DNA of 54,825 bases from Octopus bimaculoides (taxonomy: Eukaryota): contig NC_068994.1 of assembly GCF_001194135.2 (NCBI RefSeq), forward strand, positions 44,272,960 to 44,327,784. The letters are read 5' to 3'. The position numbers and the translations under genes were made by a program. Positions 26,941 through 39,435 of this stretch are shown piece by piece (positions within the stretch are counted from its first letter, which is position 1; the number at the start of each line of letters is the position of its first letter). The notes under the pieces are model-generated. The model was given only the letters and a program-made list of their open reading frames with translations. It was not told the DNA's origin and did not search any database.

Positions 26941-27336
26941 AACCTAGTCCACCTAACCATGCTAAGGTACCAATGAGAAGTATAAGATATAGGTGCAGGT
27001 GTGGCAAAGACAGATGAAATGTTGTTAAGCCCAACTAGGAACCTGGCCTAAATGCATGCAATATCATTTGCCCTGCTACAGACACCAAAGTACCAAATAC
27101 TGCTTGTGTTAAATTGGCCAACAGATTAAATCAAGATCCCAAGAACAGGGACAGTCCATCTCAATGGACTTCCTGACAGTTTCTATCAATTTATATCTTA
27201 CCCATAGAGGAACTGAACCCGAAACTCCAGTTTCAAAACCAACCTTCTAACTACACGACAATGTATGTTCTCAGTTATCAACCTCTCCATTTGTTGATAT
27301 ACATTGGATATAAGGGAATTTCATAGAATGCTTTAC

Positions 27337-27486
27337 CTTTTTAGCTGTTGGTATCTTCACTGTAGTGGTTGATGCTTTCCATTCATTTGGTGGCTCAACG
27401 ACAAAGTAAAAGAGACTGGCTGACTTCCTTAGGTGTGAGTACCTCTTCTCAGCAGGATTTCTTATGAAGGCAAAAGGGTTGTTTGT
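27337..27486 (-). CDS. Repeat exon B4 of an unidentified protein: TNNPFAFIRNPAEKRYSHLRKSASLFYFVVEPPNEWKASTTTVKIPTAKK
   Basis: gcttttatttttag acceptor, AAG|GTAAAG donor, 150 nt, phase 0-0, no stop, homologous to B1-B3. Confidence 0.75.
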
Positions 27487-27798
27487 CTAAAAATAAAAGC
27501 AGATTCTCTTTTTGCATTCAATTCAATTTATAAAATAACAATAACAACAACAACAACAACAACAATAATAATAATAATTTTTTCATTTTATCTAGTTTCA
27601 GCTCATGAGCAGCGGCCATGCTGGGGCACTGCCATTTGGTGTTGCTACATAATTTTAATTTTACTTCACGAATGCTTTTCAGGAATTGACATTTGGTGCA
27701 TGAGAGAGTTTGGTGCGGCTGCCCTCATCTGCACCTCCTGCCACAAAATTGGTTCATCTGGGACACTTGATAATAATAATAATAATAATAGTAGTAAT

Positions 27799-28012
27799 AA
27801 TCCTTTCTACTGGAAGTACAAGGCCTCAAATTTGGGGGAAGGGATTAAGTCGATTACATCGACCCCAGTGCGTAACTGGTACTTATTTAATCAACCCTGA
27901 AAGGATGAAAGGCAAAGTCGATCCCGGCGGAATAAGAACTCAGAACGTAGCAACAGGCAAAATACCGCTAAGCACTTCCTCAGGTGTGCTAACGACTCTG
28001 CCAGCTCTCCAC
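27799..28012 (-). mobile_element. tRNA-derived SINE family B, full length
   Basis: Head GAGAGCTGGCAGAGTCGTTAG...GAGTTCTTATTCC, tail (ATT)n. Confidence 0.85.
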
Positions 28013-28054
28013 AATAATAATAATAATAATAATGATGATGATGATGATGATGAT

Positions 28055-28255
28055 AATTTTTGAGGAACTTGTTGGAGAAATTGGAATTGATATGAGAGTA
28101 GGACATGCTCAGAAACCCACTTTATTGGGTACAATTAGAATCTCTAGATTGGTGCTTGAGTGCTAAGTATAATGTAATGAGATCCTGTGAGACCTTTCAC
28201 AACAGGTTACTGTCCCCTCTTACAGAATTAACCAGAGCAAGTGAAATCAAGAGCT
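28055..28255 (-). pseudogene. SZT2: SZT2-like fossil exon
   Basis: Acceptor tttcactttcag; ELLISLALVNSVRGDSNLL*KVSQDLITLYLALKHQ.../YPIKWVSEHVLLSYQFQFLQQVPQKL; ends in microsatellite/SINE. Confidence 0.5.
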
Positions 28256-29046
28256 CTGAAAGTGAAATGGTGATGATGACAATGACGATAATAATAATAA
28301 TAATAATAATAATGATAAACTGCATCCTGGGGTGAGGTCCCAGCTCATGAATGTGGAGTTAGCTCCAAGTTACCACTTCTCCCAGATCTACTCACTCCTG
28401 TGGTGGTGTTATGGGTCAAATAACAGAAGATGATCCTGTGAGTAAGGCAATGCATGACTCAAAAAAACAATGGCCTCTATACGTGTGTCACACAAGCCCA
28501 TCTGTATGTGGAAATGCCTTGATGCCACATGAACCAGTTCCCCTACTGATGGATTAGATAGACCCTGTGTGCCAAGGGTAAACTTGGGAGAACAAGAGAC
28601 AAACAGTGTAAACTGTAAATAAACCAGCGGAAGTCAACCACACCTGGAATCTTTCTCAACAAAACTCATGAATCTTCAGGTTTTAGATGGAAACCCTTGA
28701 TTGTTGATGTCTGTCAGGATGGCACATGAGAAAAGAAATAATTAAAAACGTCTACTTTATTTTTTCGTAATTAAAAGCTAAATTTGAATTTTTTCATTGC
28801 TGAGTTAGAAACTTTATAAATGATGAACTTTTTGAGTTTTGCAGGAATGCTTCCACCAGCTATTTACAGACAGAACAGGGCATCCACATGATTGCCTAAC
28901 TTGCTAGGAATAGCAGTCAAACCCTCCTCAAACTATATGATTCATGAGGCCAATGAAGAATAACCTGGAGTTAAAATTACAGTTGTGTACAATGTGTGTG
29001 TATGCTTGTATGTATATGTATATATGTGTGTGCATATGTATATGTG

Positions 29047-29112
<66 letters not shown>

Positions 29113-29157
29113 TATATACATATGTGCATGTGTATGTATATGCCTGCAATTTTTTAC

Positions 29158-29265
29158 CTGTTGCATTGGTAGACTTCTTGATGTACTTGAAGCAATCCAT
29201 TTATTTTGTGGTTCAAGTACAAAGTAGAATTGACTTGTTGATTCGGTCAATTGAGAATCATTGGT
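29158..29265 (-). CDS. Repeat exon B3: TNDSQLTESTSQFYFVLEPQNKWIASSTSRSLPMQQ
   Basis: ttcttatttctttccag acceptor, CAG|GTAAAA donor, 108 nt, phase 0-0, no stop. Confidence 0.78.
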
Positions 29266-30143
29266 CTGGAAAGAAATAAGAAGAAAAAACAAATATGATG
29301 AGAAGGTTAAGAAAACACTTCTAAAAGAGAGCAATGTCAAATTCATTTCATTGTACAAATCATCATAAAACATATCTATATACAAAATTATTGTATATAA
29401 ATGCTTTGATTAGAATAGGTCATGATATCCTTATGTTGTAAGAAGTTCCTAAAAGATAGAATATTCTCATCCAACTCCAACCAGTATATAACTGTTATTC
29501 TATTATTCTTTTACATGTTTCATTCATTAGACTGCGGCCATGCTGGGGCACCACCTTGGTAAAAAAAAAAAAGAAATGTTGCCCTGGTAGAGGCTTGAAC
29601 TCACAACCTCCGCATTTCTTTAAACTTGGGAATTAACACAAGGAAGGTACTGTCTATAAGTATGGCGCACAAACCAATTTTGCCACCAGGGTATATAAAA
29701 TGTTGAGGATAAGGATCATCGTTGACAGCATCGCCATCATCATTTAATGCCCATTCTCCATGCTGGCATGGGTTAGATAGCTTGACAGGAACTGGCAAGG
29801 CCAGAGGCCTCACCAGGTTCTGTAGTCTGTTTTGGCTTGATTTCTACAACTGGATCCCTTTCCTAACACCAATGACTTTACAGAGAGTACTGGGTGCTTT
29901 TTATGTAGCACCATCACCAGTGCATTTTACATGGGACCATCACCAGTGCTTTTTATGCGGCACCAGCACCAGTGCAAACTCACTTCTGAAATCATTTGAA
30001 TATTTTATTTATTGATTGGCTTTTTTTTTTTTTAGATCAAATGTATGTTCAGCCTGTATGTGTTTGCTTAACTTGCTAGAAAATACAACCAAATCTCCCT
30101 CGAATTAAATCCTATCATAATAAAAATATATATATATTTTGGA

Positions 30144-30506
30144 TCTTCTTCTTCTTCTTCTTCTTCTTCTTCTTCTTCTTCTTCTTCTTCTTCTTCTTCT
30201 TCTTCTTCTTCTTCTTCTTCTTCATTCTTCTTCTTCTTCTTCATTCTTCTTCATTCTTCTTCATTCTTCTTCTTCTTCTTCATTCTTCTTCTTCTTCTTC
30301 ATTCTTCTTCATTCTTCTTCTTCTTCTTCTTCATTCTTCATTCTTCTTCTTCTTCATTCTTCTTCTTCTTCTTCTTCATTCTTCTTCTTCTTCTTCTTCA
30401 TTCTTCTTCTTCATTCTTCTTCTTCTTCTTCTTCTTCTTCTTCTTCTTCTTCTTCTCCTTTTTCTTCTTCATTCTTCTTCTTCTCCTTTTTCTTCTTCTT
30501 CTTCTT

Positions 30507-30537
<31 letters not shown>

Positions 30538-30555
30538 TTCATTCTTCTTCTTCTT
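30144..30555. repeat. ~410-bp (TTC)n/(GAA)n tract
   Basis: Direct reading; interrupted by TTCA units. Confidence 0.95.
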
Positions 30556-30690
30556 AGTCTCCCAAGTCCAAGAAAGCTGATTCCATAATTTCTTGCTGAA
30601 CAAGATGCACGGATGATTTGTTTGCACCAATCAAATGCTTGAGCTGTACATGAGCTCACTCTCCCTCTTCCTCCATCAAATCAACACTGT
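30553..30690 (-). pseudogene. SZT2: SZT2-like fossil exon
   Basis: DSVDLMEEEGE*AHVQLKHLIGANKSSVHLVQQEIMESAFLDLGD*EEEE; runs into a long (GAA)n tract. Confidence 0.5.
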
Positions 30691-32566
30691 CTGTACAGGT
30701 GCATGCTATTTCCTATTCTTTTTCTGTCTTACAAGTTAACTTGATAAACTCTCTAGAGCTGGTGACATGAAAAAGAGCATCCAATAAATACTGTAAAGTG
30801 GTTGAAGTTAAGAAGGGCATCCAGCTGTAGAAATCAGGAACTCAGGAAATCCCTGAGGTTTGCTGGATCCTGTCAAACCTTCCAAATCAGGCCAGTATTG
30901 AAAATGGATGTTAAATGACAATCATCATCATGATTGTGATTATCTTCTAACAGACTAAATCTCTGTTGATTTTGGCTGGTAATTAATTTTTGATTTCTGT
31001 AGAAATACTTCCTCGAGCTCCTAACAGAAATAACAGGGTATCTACATAGTCACTTAGCCCATTGGAAATAGCTGTCAAACGCCCCTCAAATTATATCATG
31101 CATGTAATTTTAGATATAAAATGTGGAATAGTCACAGCTAGAATTCCTTTGATAATACATGTACAATGGTGATTTTGACAATAAGTATTCAATCTACTGA
31201 ACTACCTGCTCATAGAATTGGTATGTAAGTAGCTGAGTTCTCTTCAAACATATGTACCTTTAATGTAATTATCAGCACAACAAAGCATATGACAAGACAG
31301 GGCAGTTTTTGAATTACATGTACAATCTTTCTGATGGGCTTCAGCACAATCTCTGTCAACCCAGTTTCACTCATAAGGCTTGAGTGAAGTCGAAGCTAAG
31401 GCAAAAGACACTTGCTAAATATGCATCACATTGGGACTGGATCTGGATTTTCATGATTGTGAAATGAACTTTCTATCTGTTCGACTTCGCTGCAGCATCG
31501 ATAGATTATAAAATAAGAATGAACTCACTGTATACAGTGCTCAGGTACACTACAACTCATCAGAAAAAGGGACCAAATCTACATGATCAGCATATAGAAT
31601 ATGCACAAGAAGTGCAGAGTGAATATTCTTTTATTCTTTTATTCTTTTACTTGTTTCAGTCATTTTGACTACAGCTATGCTGGAGCACCGCCTTTAGTCA
31701 AACAAATCGACCCCAAGACTTATTCTTTGTAAGCCTAGTACTTATTGTATCTGTCTCTTTTGCTGAACCACTAAGTTACATAAACATAAACACACCAATC
31801 GGTTGTCAAGCGATGGTGGGGGGACAAACACAGACACAGAAATACATACATATATATATATATATANNNNNNNNNNNNNNNNNNNNNNNNNNNNNNNNNN
31901 NNNNNNNNNNNNNNNNNNNNNNNNNNNNNNNNNNNNNNNNNNNNNNNNNNNNNNNNNNNNNNNNNNNNNNNNNNNNNNNNNNNNNNNNNNNNNNNNNNNN
32001 NNNNNNNNNNNNNNNNNNNNNNNNNNNNNNNNNNNNNNNNNNNNNNNNNNNNNNNNNNNNNNCAAAGGTTAATTTCTTCTGCTCCTAGAGTCTCTCTCGT
32101 GGGAGGCTATCCAAAGCTGATTTCCTAGATCTGACAATTCATTTGATACTATATTACCATAAAATAAACTAAATCCCTAATTCTCTGACTTGTACTTTTA
32201 TATATGCAAATTTTTGCAGTTATTACTTAACATAAGAAGAATGATACACAGATAACAATCCCATAATTTTCACAAATGGACTGGATTTTCCGGCATACAA
32301 ATCAGCATAGTATGAATTCTAAACAAAGCATGAATTTATAAACATTGTCACTATCTTTCCAAATCCTGCTGCATTTCACATAGAATTTTTGGTCCTCCAA
32401 AGTCGTCTTGGTGTACAAGTCTGTCTACCTTTTTTGGGGCTGTGAATTTTGGTCTGAAAAATTTAACATGTGTGCCAGAAAATATGGTAAACTAAAGTTC
32501 TAAACAATTGTTTTTAAAGTCACTAATGGGTTACCTTTTGCCAACTCTGTTGTCTGAAACAGATTA

Positions 32567-32903
32567 CTGTAGTTGATGGCATATAAGACACTTTTTTTCA
32601 AAAAAATAATTCCTAGAATTATCCCAGGTCTTATATGCAAATTTGGGTCTCCTGTGAGCTACTTTTGTTTCGGATGCTTGCTTTTTCTTAAATATGCTCT
32701 GCTCAAAGTAGGGAGCATGTAATATCCTTTCTACATTAAACCCAAGCCTGAAGTTTGGAGAAAGTGGGGGTGAGTAATCAATCACGACCTCAGTACAAGA
32801 CTGGTACTTACTTTACTGACCCCCAAAAGGTTGAAAGGCAAAGTCGACCATAATGGAATTTCAACTTAGAATGGCTCAGCATCTTTTATGCCATCAAATG
32901 CCG
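32567..32903. mobile_element. Tc2/pogo-like MITE with a nested SINE B fragment; second TIR-like fragment at ~32390-32489
   Basis: TA|CTGTAGTTGATGGCATATAAGAC left end pairs with TCTTTTATGCCATCAAATGCCG right end; SINE B at ~32760-32870. Confidence 0.6.
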
Positions 32904-32904
32904 T

Positions 32905-33100
32905 TATAAGACACTATTATCTAATCTGGCCTCAACTGGTTTTAAACTTGGTACTGCTGGCTAATTAAACTGTTTCTCAATTAGTATAGTCATCTCTAAA
33001 TCTAATACCAAATTTCATCAAGGTAAACTAAAACTGTTTAATACTTTAACTAAAGGTGCAGCACATAGATGTAATAAGTTACACCTACAAATAGACAGGA
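32905..33100 (-). pseudogene. SZT2: SZT2-like fossil exon
   Basis: LSICRCNLLHLCAAPLVKVLNSFSLP**NLVLDLEMTILIEKQFN*PAVPSLKPVEARLD; abuts a MITE end. Confidence 0.55.
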
Positions 33101-33174
33101 CTACATATTAAATAATACTGTAAGTTATGCTTATAATAGTCATCACTATCATTGACCACTTTCCCACTTTTTAA

Positions 33175-35185
33175 TGATCAATTTTCCATGCTTGCATGGG
33201 TTGGACAGAGTTTGCTGAGGCAGATTTTATACAACTTGATGTCTTTCCTGTCACTAACTCTCACTTAGTTCAAAACAAGGTAATATTTCCCCATAGCCAG
33301 ACATGTTTCTGCAGGAAATTGGAAATAAATTACTCTGCTTGTATGACAGCAACACGATATTGGTTTTACTTGACTCAACAGGTCTTCTCAAGCGTATCAT
33401 ATCGCACGACACATCAGGGGTACTCTTAACTGGGCCGGACATGCGTGGCAGCAATCTCACTTTAATTGCGATGTCTTCTCAATCACAACATATCTCCAAA
33501 GATCTCGGCCTCCTGTCATTGCCTCTGTGAGGCCCAATGTTCGAAGGTCATGCTTCACCTCCTCATCCCATGTCTTCCTGGGTCTTCCTCTTCCACAAGT
33601 TCCTTCCACTGTTAGGGAGTGGCACTTCCTCACACAGCTGTCCTCATCCATACATAACACATGACCATACCAGCGCAGTCATCTCTCTTGCACACCACAT
33701 TTGATGCTTCTTATGCTCAACTTTTCTCTCAGGGCACTTACACTCTGTTGTGTATGCACACTGACATTACACATCCAGCGGATCATACTAGCTTCATTTC
33801 TTTCAAGCCTATGCATGTCCTCAGCATTTGTGGCTCATGTTTCACTGCCGTGTAGCATGGCAGTTCACACACATGCATCATACAGTCTACCTTTCATCCT
33901 GAGTGAGAGGCCCTTAGTTGCCAGCAGAGGTAGGAGCTCCCTGAACTTTGCCCAGGCTATTCTTATTGTAGCTGCTACATTCTCAGAGCAACCACCCCCA
34001 CTACAGACTTGGTCACCTAGGTAGCGAAAGCTATTAACTACTTCTAGTTTCTCCCCTGGCATATGATGGAATCTATTTTCTGTACATCTTCAGTGTTTAT
34101 TGCCCCTCTGCATCTGCCACACAGAAAAACTATTTTCCCGGTTAACCTCCCTTTGATATTGCTGCACCTTTTATGTGTCCATAGCTTACACCAGGTACAT
34201 CATATGGAGTTTCTACCCATGCCTTTTCTACAGATTGAGCAAGACCATCTACCTGAAGGGAATTCAGGTTTGGCAGCATTTCTACTTACTAAGACTTTGG
34301 TTTTTGCTAGGTTGACCCTAAGGTCCTTCAATTCTAGACCTTGCCTCCACACCCTAAACTTCATCTCTAGTTCTGGCAGTGACTTGGCTATTAGGGCAAG
34401 GTCATCAGCATAGAGGAGCTCCCAGGGGCAGCCTGTCTTGAATTCCTCTATTATTGCCTGGAGGACTATCATGAAAAGAGGGGACTGAGGACTGATCCTT
34501 CATGAACACCTACTTCTACTCAGAATTTTTGACTCACCTTATTGACAGCATCCCTATATAGGGCTTGTACAGCTTTTATCAACCACTCATCTATCCCCAG
34601 TTTCTGCATTGACCACCAGATAAGAGATCATGGGATCCTGTCAAAGGCTTTCTCCAAGTCAACAAAAGCCAAGTACAGAAGTTTATCTTTGGCTAGGTAT
34701 TTCTCCTGTAGTTGCCTTACCAGAAATATGGCATCAATGGTGCTTCTGCCAGGCACAAAACCAAACTGCATTTCAACTAGGCTAACTCTCTCCCCAATTA
34801 GTTGGGCTATGATCTTCTCTGTAACTTTCATCACCTGATCCAATAATTTGATACTCCTATAGTTATTTCTATCTCAAACATCACCTTTACCTTTGTAGCA
34901 GTAGACTATGGTGCTGCTACACCAGTCATTGGGTATGACTCCTTCATGAACTACCTGATTTACGATGCAGGCAACAAGACCATAACCTACACCAGCCAAT
35001 ATTTTAATCATCTCAGTGGTGATTCCTGATTGGCCAGGTGCTTTCCCTGTCTTCATATCCTTGATTGCTTTATCTACCAGAGTACTGTCGATTCAGGTAG
35101 CTGGTCCCTCAATTGGGTCAACTTTTGGCAGACTCTCCTCCTCCCATTCATTCTCTACATTCAGCAGTCTTTCATAATGGCATAT
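33175..35185 (-). mobile_element. 5'-truncated, frameshifted RTE-clade LINE
   Basis: KTGKAPGQSG, MQFGFVPGRSTIDAIF, FVDLEKAFDR, LLYADD, FRYLGD, GRGRPRKTW motifs in order; Cys/His-rich insert CSIC...C..CKLWTHKRC after YADD. Confidence 0.95.
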
Positions 35186-35480
35186 TACAATAAAATAAAA
35201 GCAACTAAATTTCTATCTTCCACCATTTTTGATGATTATTCTTCAGAACATAAAACCAGAAGAAATGTTGCCATGCATTTTATCTGATGTGGTAACAATT
35301 CTGCCATCTCTGCCTTAAAGATTAGCTTAATATCAATGCTAGTGATAACATACATGGATTTATTCTTGATAGGATATATGGCTTTACCTATGACCATTTT
35401 ACAGATCCTCCAAGACTAGTGGAAAGAAGGATTGAAGTTATCCTCAGATCAGAAACTTGATCTAAATGTTTGGCTTTTAC

Positions 35481-35895
35481 CTGTACTCATACTTGCATTG
35501 GTAGCCAGGGGTGGATTGAACTGGCTTCAACCAACAACTTCACCACATCCTTTGCAAATGCCGACCACATCCAACAGTTGGCCACAGTTGAGGCTGTCCA
35601 GCAAGCAAAGTAATGCATCTGCCTGAAACTCAAAAATCCAGCTTGCAAATTTGACAAACACCCTACTGGGAAAGCAAGTTCACTGGACAGTACAGATGCT
35701 GTAGCCATTGCCATCATTTGCTGTTGAGGTGCAGAGTTCAGGTTCAAAGTTTCAGTGGAAATACAAATTCACATGTGGTCGTCGGTCACTTGTATACACA
35801 TTTTGGAATAGCGTGACCTGTAGCAGCTCATCTTGGCACCAATTCTCAACCACCACAGAGCAAACATAACCTTGGCTTGCAATGGAATTGATTCT
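35481..35895 (-). pseudogene. SZT2: SZT2-like fossil exon
   Basis: About 135-codon frame with 3 TGA: QGYVCSVVVENWCQDELLQVTLFQ...DALLCLLDSLNCGQLLDVVGICKGCGEVVG*SQF; donor ACAG|GTAAAA. 5' end approximate. Confidence 0.6.
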
Positions 35896-36239
35896 GTTAA
35901 ATTCATCCAAGGGTCAGTTGATGTGTTAAACTGGATGAGAGATTAAGAGCACCAATCCAAGAATGGGGACCATCATCCTTCTACTCTGATAGATTTCTAC
36001 ACAGATTCCGTCAAACAAATTTCTCTCACAAGGCTTTGTTTGACCTGAGGCTGTAGTATAGAAGATACTTGCCCAAGGTACCACACACTGGGATTGATCC
36101 CAAAACTACATTATGAACACCTACATCTATTGCCACAGCCATGACTGCAATTAGTAAACCAATCCATAGAGTAAACCTCTATAATTATCACTATTACAGC
36201 TACTATTGTAAGATTACAATTACAGGTACTACTCTATAA

Positions 36240-36860
36240 TGAGTGTTTATCACTGATACCACATTTATTACTACTGCTGCTGCTGCTGCTGCTACTACTA
36301 CTACTACTACTACAACTACTACAACTACTACAACTACTACTACTACAACTACTACTATTACTACTACTACTACCACTGTTGCTGTTGTTGTTGTTGTTGC
36401 TGTTGTCGTCGCCGTTATTGTAGGTGGTGGTGGTGGTGGTGGTGCTGCTGCTGGTGCTGCTGCTGCTGTTGTAGTTACTGAAGCTATTGTTACAACGATG
36501 ATTGCTGTTATTAATTTTTACTTTGTTAGATTTGATTTTTGATGTTGTTGTTGTTGTTGTTGCATTGCAGATTATTTTTGTTATACTGCAACTGGTGGTA
36601 TCACCAATGCTGCTGTGTTTAGGGTTACTACTACTACTACTACTTCTGCAGTATGCTAGCAATACTACTACTACAAGCCACTACCACTACTGCTACAACC
36701 CACCACCACCACCATCACTACTACTATTACTTCTGCTATTACGACTACTACTACTACTACTACTGCTACTGCAGTATGCTAGCAATACTACAATTACAAG
36801 CGATTACCACTACTACTACAATCCACCACTATCACTATTACTACTCCTATTACTATTGTA
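36240..36860. repeat. Compound trinucleotide array (ACT/GCT/GTT/GGT) with an internal ~120-bp duplication
   Basis: ctgcagtatgctagcaatactac occurs near 36646 and near 36769. Confidence 0.9.
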
Positions 36861-36989
36861 TGTGTGAGGTTTTCTTTGAGGAAGTCTGGTAGTTGCCCAC
36901 GTACACAAGTTTCCTCTATCTATACCACTAATGTTTATTCAAGGGAAGGGTCGATTCAACTTTAGCACCAGTGTTGTTGCAGGTGTTGC

Positions 36990-37346
36990 TGTCAGGTGGC
37001 AAAGAGCTGGAACAAGGCATCTTACAACAAGACATCTTGCTCAACTCCCAAAAAGGTCAGCCAATCCAATGCTCTGGATTGGTACATTTTACCAACTGCA
37101 AAAGCTTGTCTGGTATGGTCAAATATCCTGCCACAACTCCCTGTCTGAAACCATTCTCCAAGGCACAGTTGGGAGTGGGTGAAAGAGAGGCAGATGAAGA
37201 AAATCCTGGTTTGACAGCATCAAGAACTGGACAGGTTACAGCACAATGACCTTGCTACACATGACAGGGAACAGAGACCAGTGACAATGGTTGACTCTAT
37301 GAAAGCATCTACAGTGGCATCCCAATGCTTGGTTACATCAGTTAAG
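36990..37346 (+). mobile_element. RTE LINE 3' fragment
   Basis: KLVWYGQISCHNSLSETILQGTVGSG*KRGR*RKSWFDSIKNWTG followed by a (GAT)n tail. Confidence 0.85.
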
Positions 37347-38009
37347 GGGTCTTAATGATGATGATGAAAGAATTAAAGGCAAAGTTGACCTAGGCAGGAT
37401 TTGAACACTGAGAATAGGAATTTAGAACAGACACCATGAGGCCCCTAACAACTTAGCCAATTCTCCTCCTTAAAAATAGTTTATGTTATTTATATATAAA
37501 GTATCCATAAAATCTTGTTCAATGATTGTTATTTTTATTAATCTGCTCTTGAAGTTAAATACTTCAGAAGGTGAATGTTGTAATTGTTGTTGTTTTTGTT
37601 TAGCCCTAGGTCAATCTCAAACAAGCAGACCAATGGTTACTTAAATGGGTCTCCATCAGGGACAACAACAAGGGCTCCAGTTAATCTGATCAACAGAACA
37701 GCCTGCTCATGAAATTAACATGCAAGTGGTTGAGCACTACACAGACATGTGTACCCTTAACATAGTTCTCAGGGAGATTCAGCATGACAGAGAATGCCAC
37801 AAGCTTGGCCCTTTCAAATACAGGTACTACTCATTTTTGCCAGCTGAGTGAACTGGAGCAACATACCACCAGGGATCAAACTTACAACAACATTATGATC
37901 ATGAGCTGAACACACTAATCTCTAATCCATCCATACACCTTCATTCTTTGTTTACTTAAATGACATGGAAACCAGGTAACAGGTCTTGTAAGTCCAAGGG
38001 CTTACTCTT

Positions 38010-38219
38010 TTACTCTTTTACTTGTTTCAGTCATTTGACTGTGGCCAGGCTGGAGCACCACCTTTAGTCGAGCAAATCGACCCCAGGACTTATTCTTTGG
38101 AAGCCTAGTACTTATTCTAGCGGTCTCTTTTGCCGAACCGCTAAGTTACGGAGACGTAAACACACCAGCATCGGTTGTCAAGCGATGTTGGGGGGACAAA
38201 CACAGACACACAAACATAT

Positions 38220-38262
<43 letters not shown>

Positions 38263-38441
38263 CATATATATACATATATATGACAGGTTTCTTTCAGTTT
38301 CCATCTATCAAATCCACACACAAGGCTTGGGTCAGCCCGAGGCTATAGTAGAAGACACTTGCCCAAGGTACCATGCAGTGGGACTGAACCCGGAACCATG
38401 TGGTCGGTAAGCAAGCTACTTACCACACAGCCACTCCTACG
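38010..38441 (-). mobile_element. SINE family A, full length
   Basis: Reverse complement of the 16468-16862 consensus. Confidence 0.9.
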
Positions 38442-38480
38442 ACTTAAGAAAAACATAATTAAAAAAATGAGCCATATTAC

Positions 38481-38599
38481 TTTAAGATGATATAGCTATC
38501 TTTTTACAGTATAATTTTTGCTTATCTGCATCTTTCCACCTGTACCATATTTCTATCTTAACCTTCTTCATACTAACTCATCTGAATCCACCCATGACT
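38481..38599 (-). pseudogene. SZT2: Fossil exon of the same pseudogene
   Basis: Acceptor tttatatcatag, donor AAA|GTAATA; ESWVDSDELV*RRLR*KYGTGGKMQISKNYTVKR*LYHLK. Confidence 0.48.
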
Positions 38600-38729
38600 C
38601 TATGATATAAAGTTACCATTTTAAAGTAATGTAAATTAAAACATTCCCTCAAAATTTCTGTTTAATTTATGTACTGAACACCAACTTAATGGCGAAGTTA
38701 TTTGACTGAATTCTACATTATTTTCACAA

Positions 38730-38889
38730 TTAATTGAAACATGCACAAGCAGTGCATTCCAACAGCAGTAAGATATCTGTTATGCATTCCTACAATACAC
38801 CAAACCCCTGTCTTACAAGCTTCGCTTTAACATCCCCAATATCACTCACATACACCATCAAATTTGTATCACATGAAATGTTTTTTCTC
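38730..38889 (-). pseudogene. SZT2: Fossil exon of the same pseudogene
   Basis: RKNISCDTNLMVYVSDIGDVKAKLVRQGFGVL*ECITDILLLLECTACACFN; 3' end approximate. Confidence 0.45.
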
Positions 38890-39327
38890 CTTATAATAAT
38901 AACAAAAAATAAGCCTAATCTTTAAGCCATGGCTCCACTACATGCTAGATGAATAAAATGCGATCATTATCCCTTGCAATATCTATAACCATTATGGACT
39001 TAACATCTCTGATTTATATTCTACTGGAAGATAAATTTCTGTTCATAATAAAGCTTTCACTAAATTATAAATTTATCTAAACATATTAATGGGCTACTCT
39101 AAAGAGAGCAAAAAATATATACATTTTGCCAGTTACGTATTTCTCCTAAATCTAATCCATAATTTTGTTGTTATTATTTTTTTTTAATATATTCCAGAGT
39201 TTAATCTTTCATTAAGTTCTAGGATAATGTTGATATTAATATGGCTGTCTGTTAAGATGATTTGCCATGATAGCCAATTATGGCATCAATGTATTGTGCA
39301 AATGTTGCTTAATTCCACCCAACTTAC

Positions 39328-39435
39328 TTCTGGGAGCTTTATTGCTGTAGTTGAGGCTTTCCATTCATTTTGTGGTTCAAGGACAAAGTAAAACTGATTT
39401 GATGATGACTCTGTTATGGCAGCTGGAGTGTTAGT
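39328..39435 (-). CDS. Repeat exon B2: TNTPAAITESSSNQFYFVLEPQNEWKASTTAIKLPE
   Basis: catgtatttttcag acceptor, GAA|GTAAGT donor, 108 nt, phase 0-0, no stop. Confidence 0.8.

Noticed and set aside
32075-32370. Possible fossil exon (...HALFRIHTML...)
   Set aside because: The SZT2-like resemblance is out of order relative to the 33100 exon, and the block abuts a MITE end and a gap. Left uncalled.
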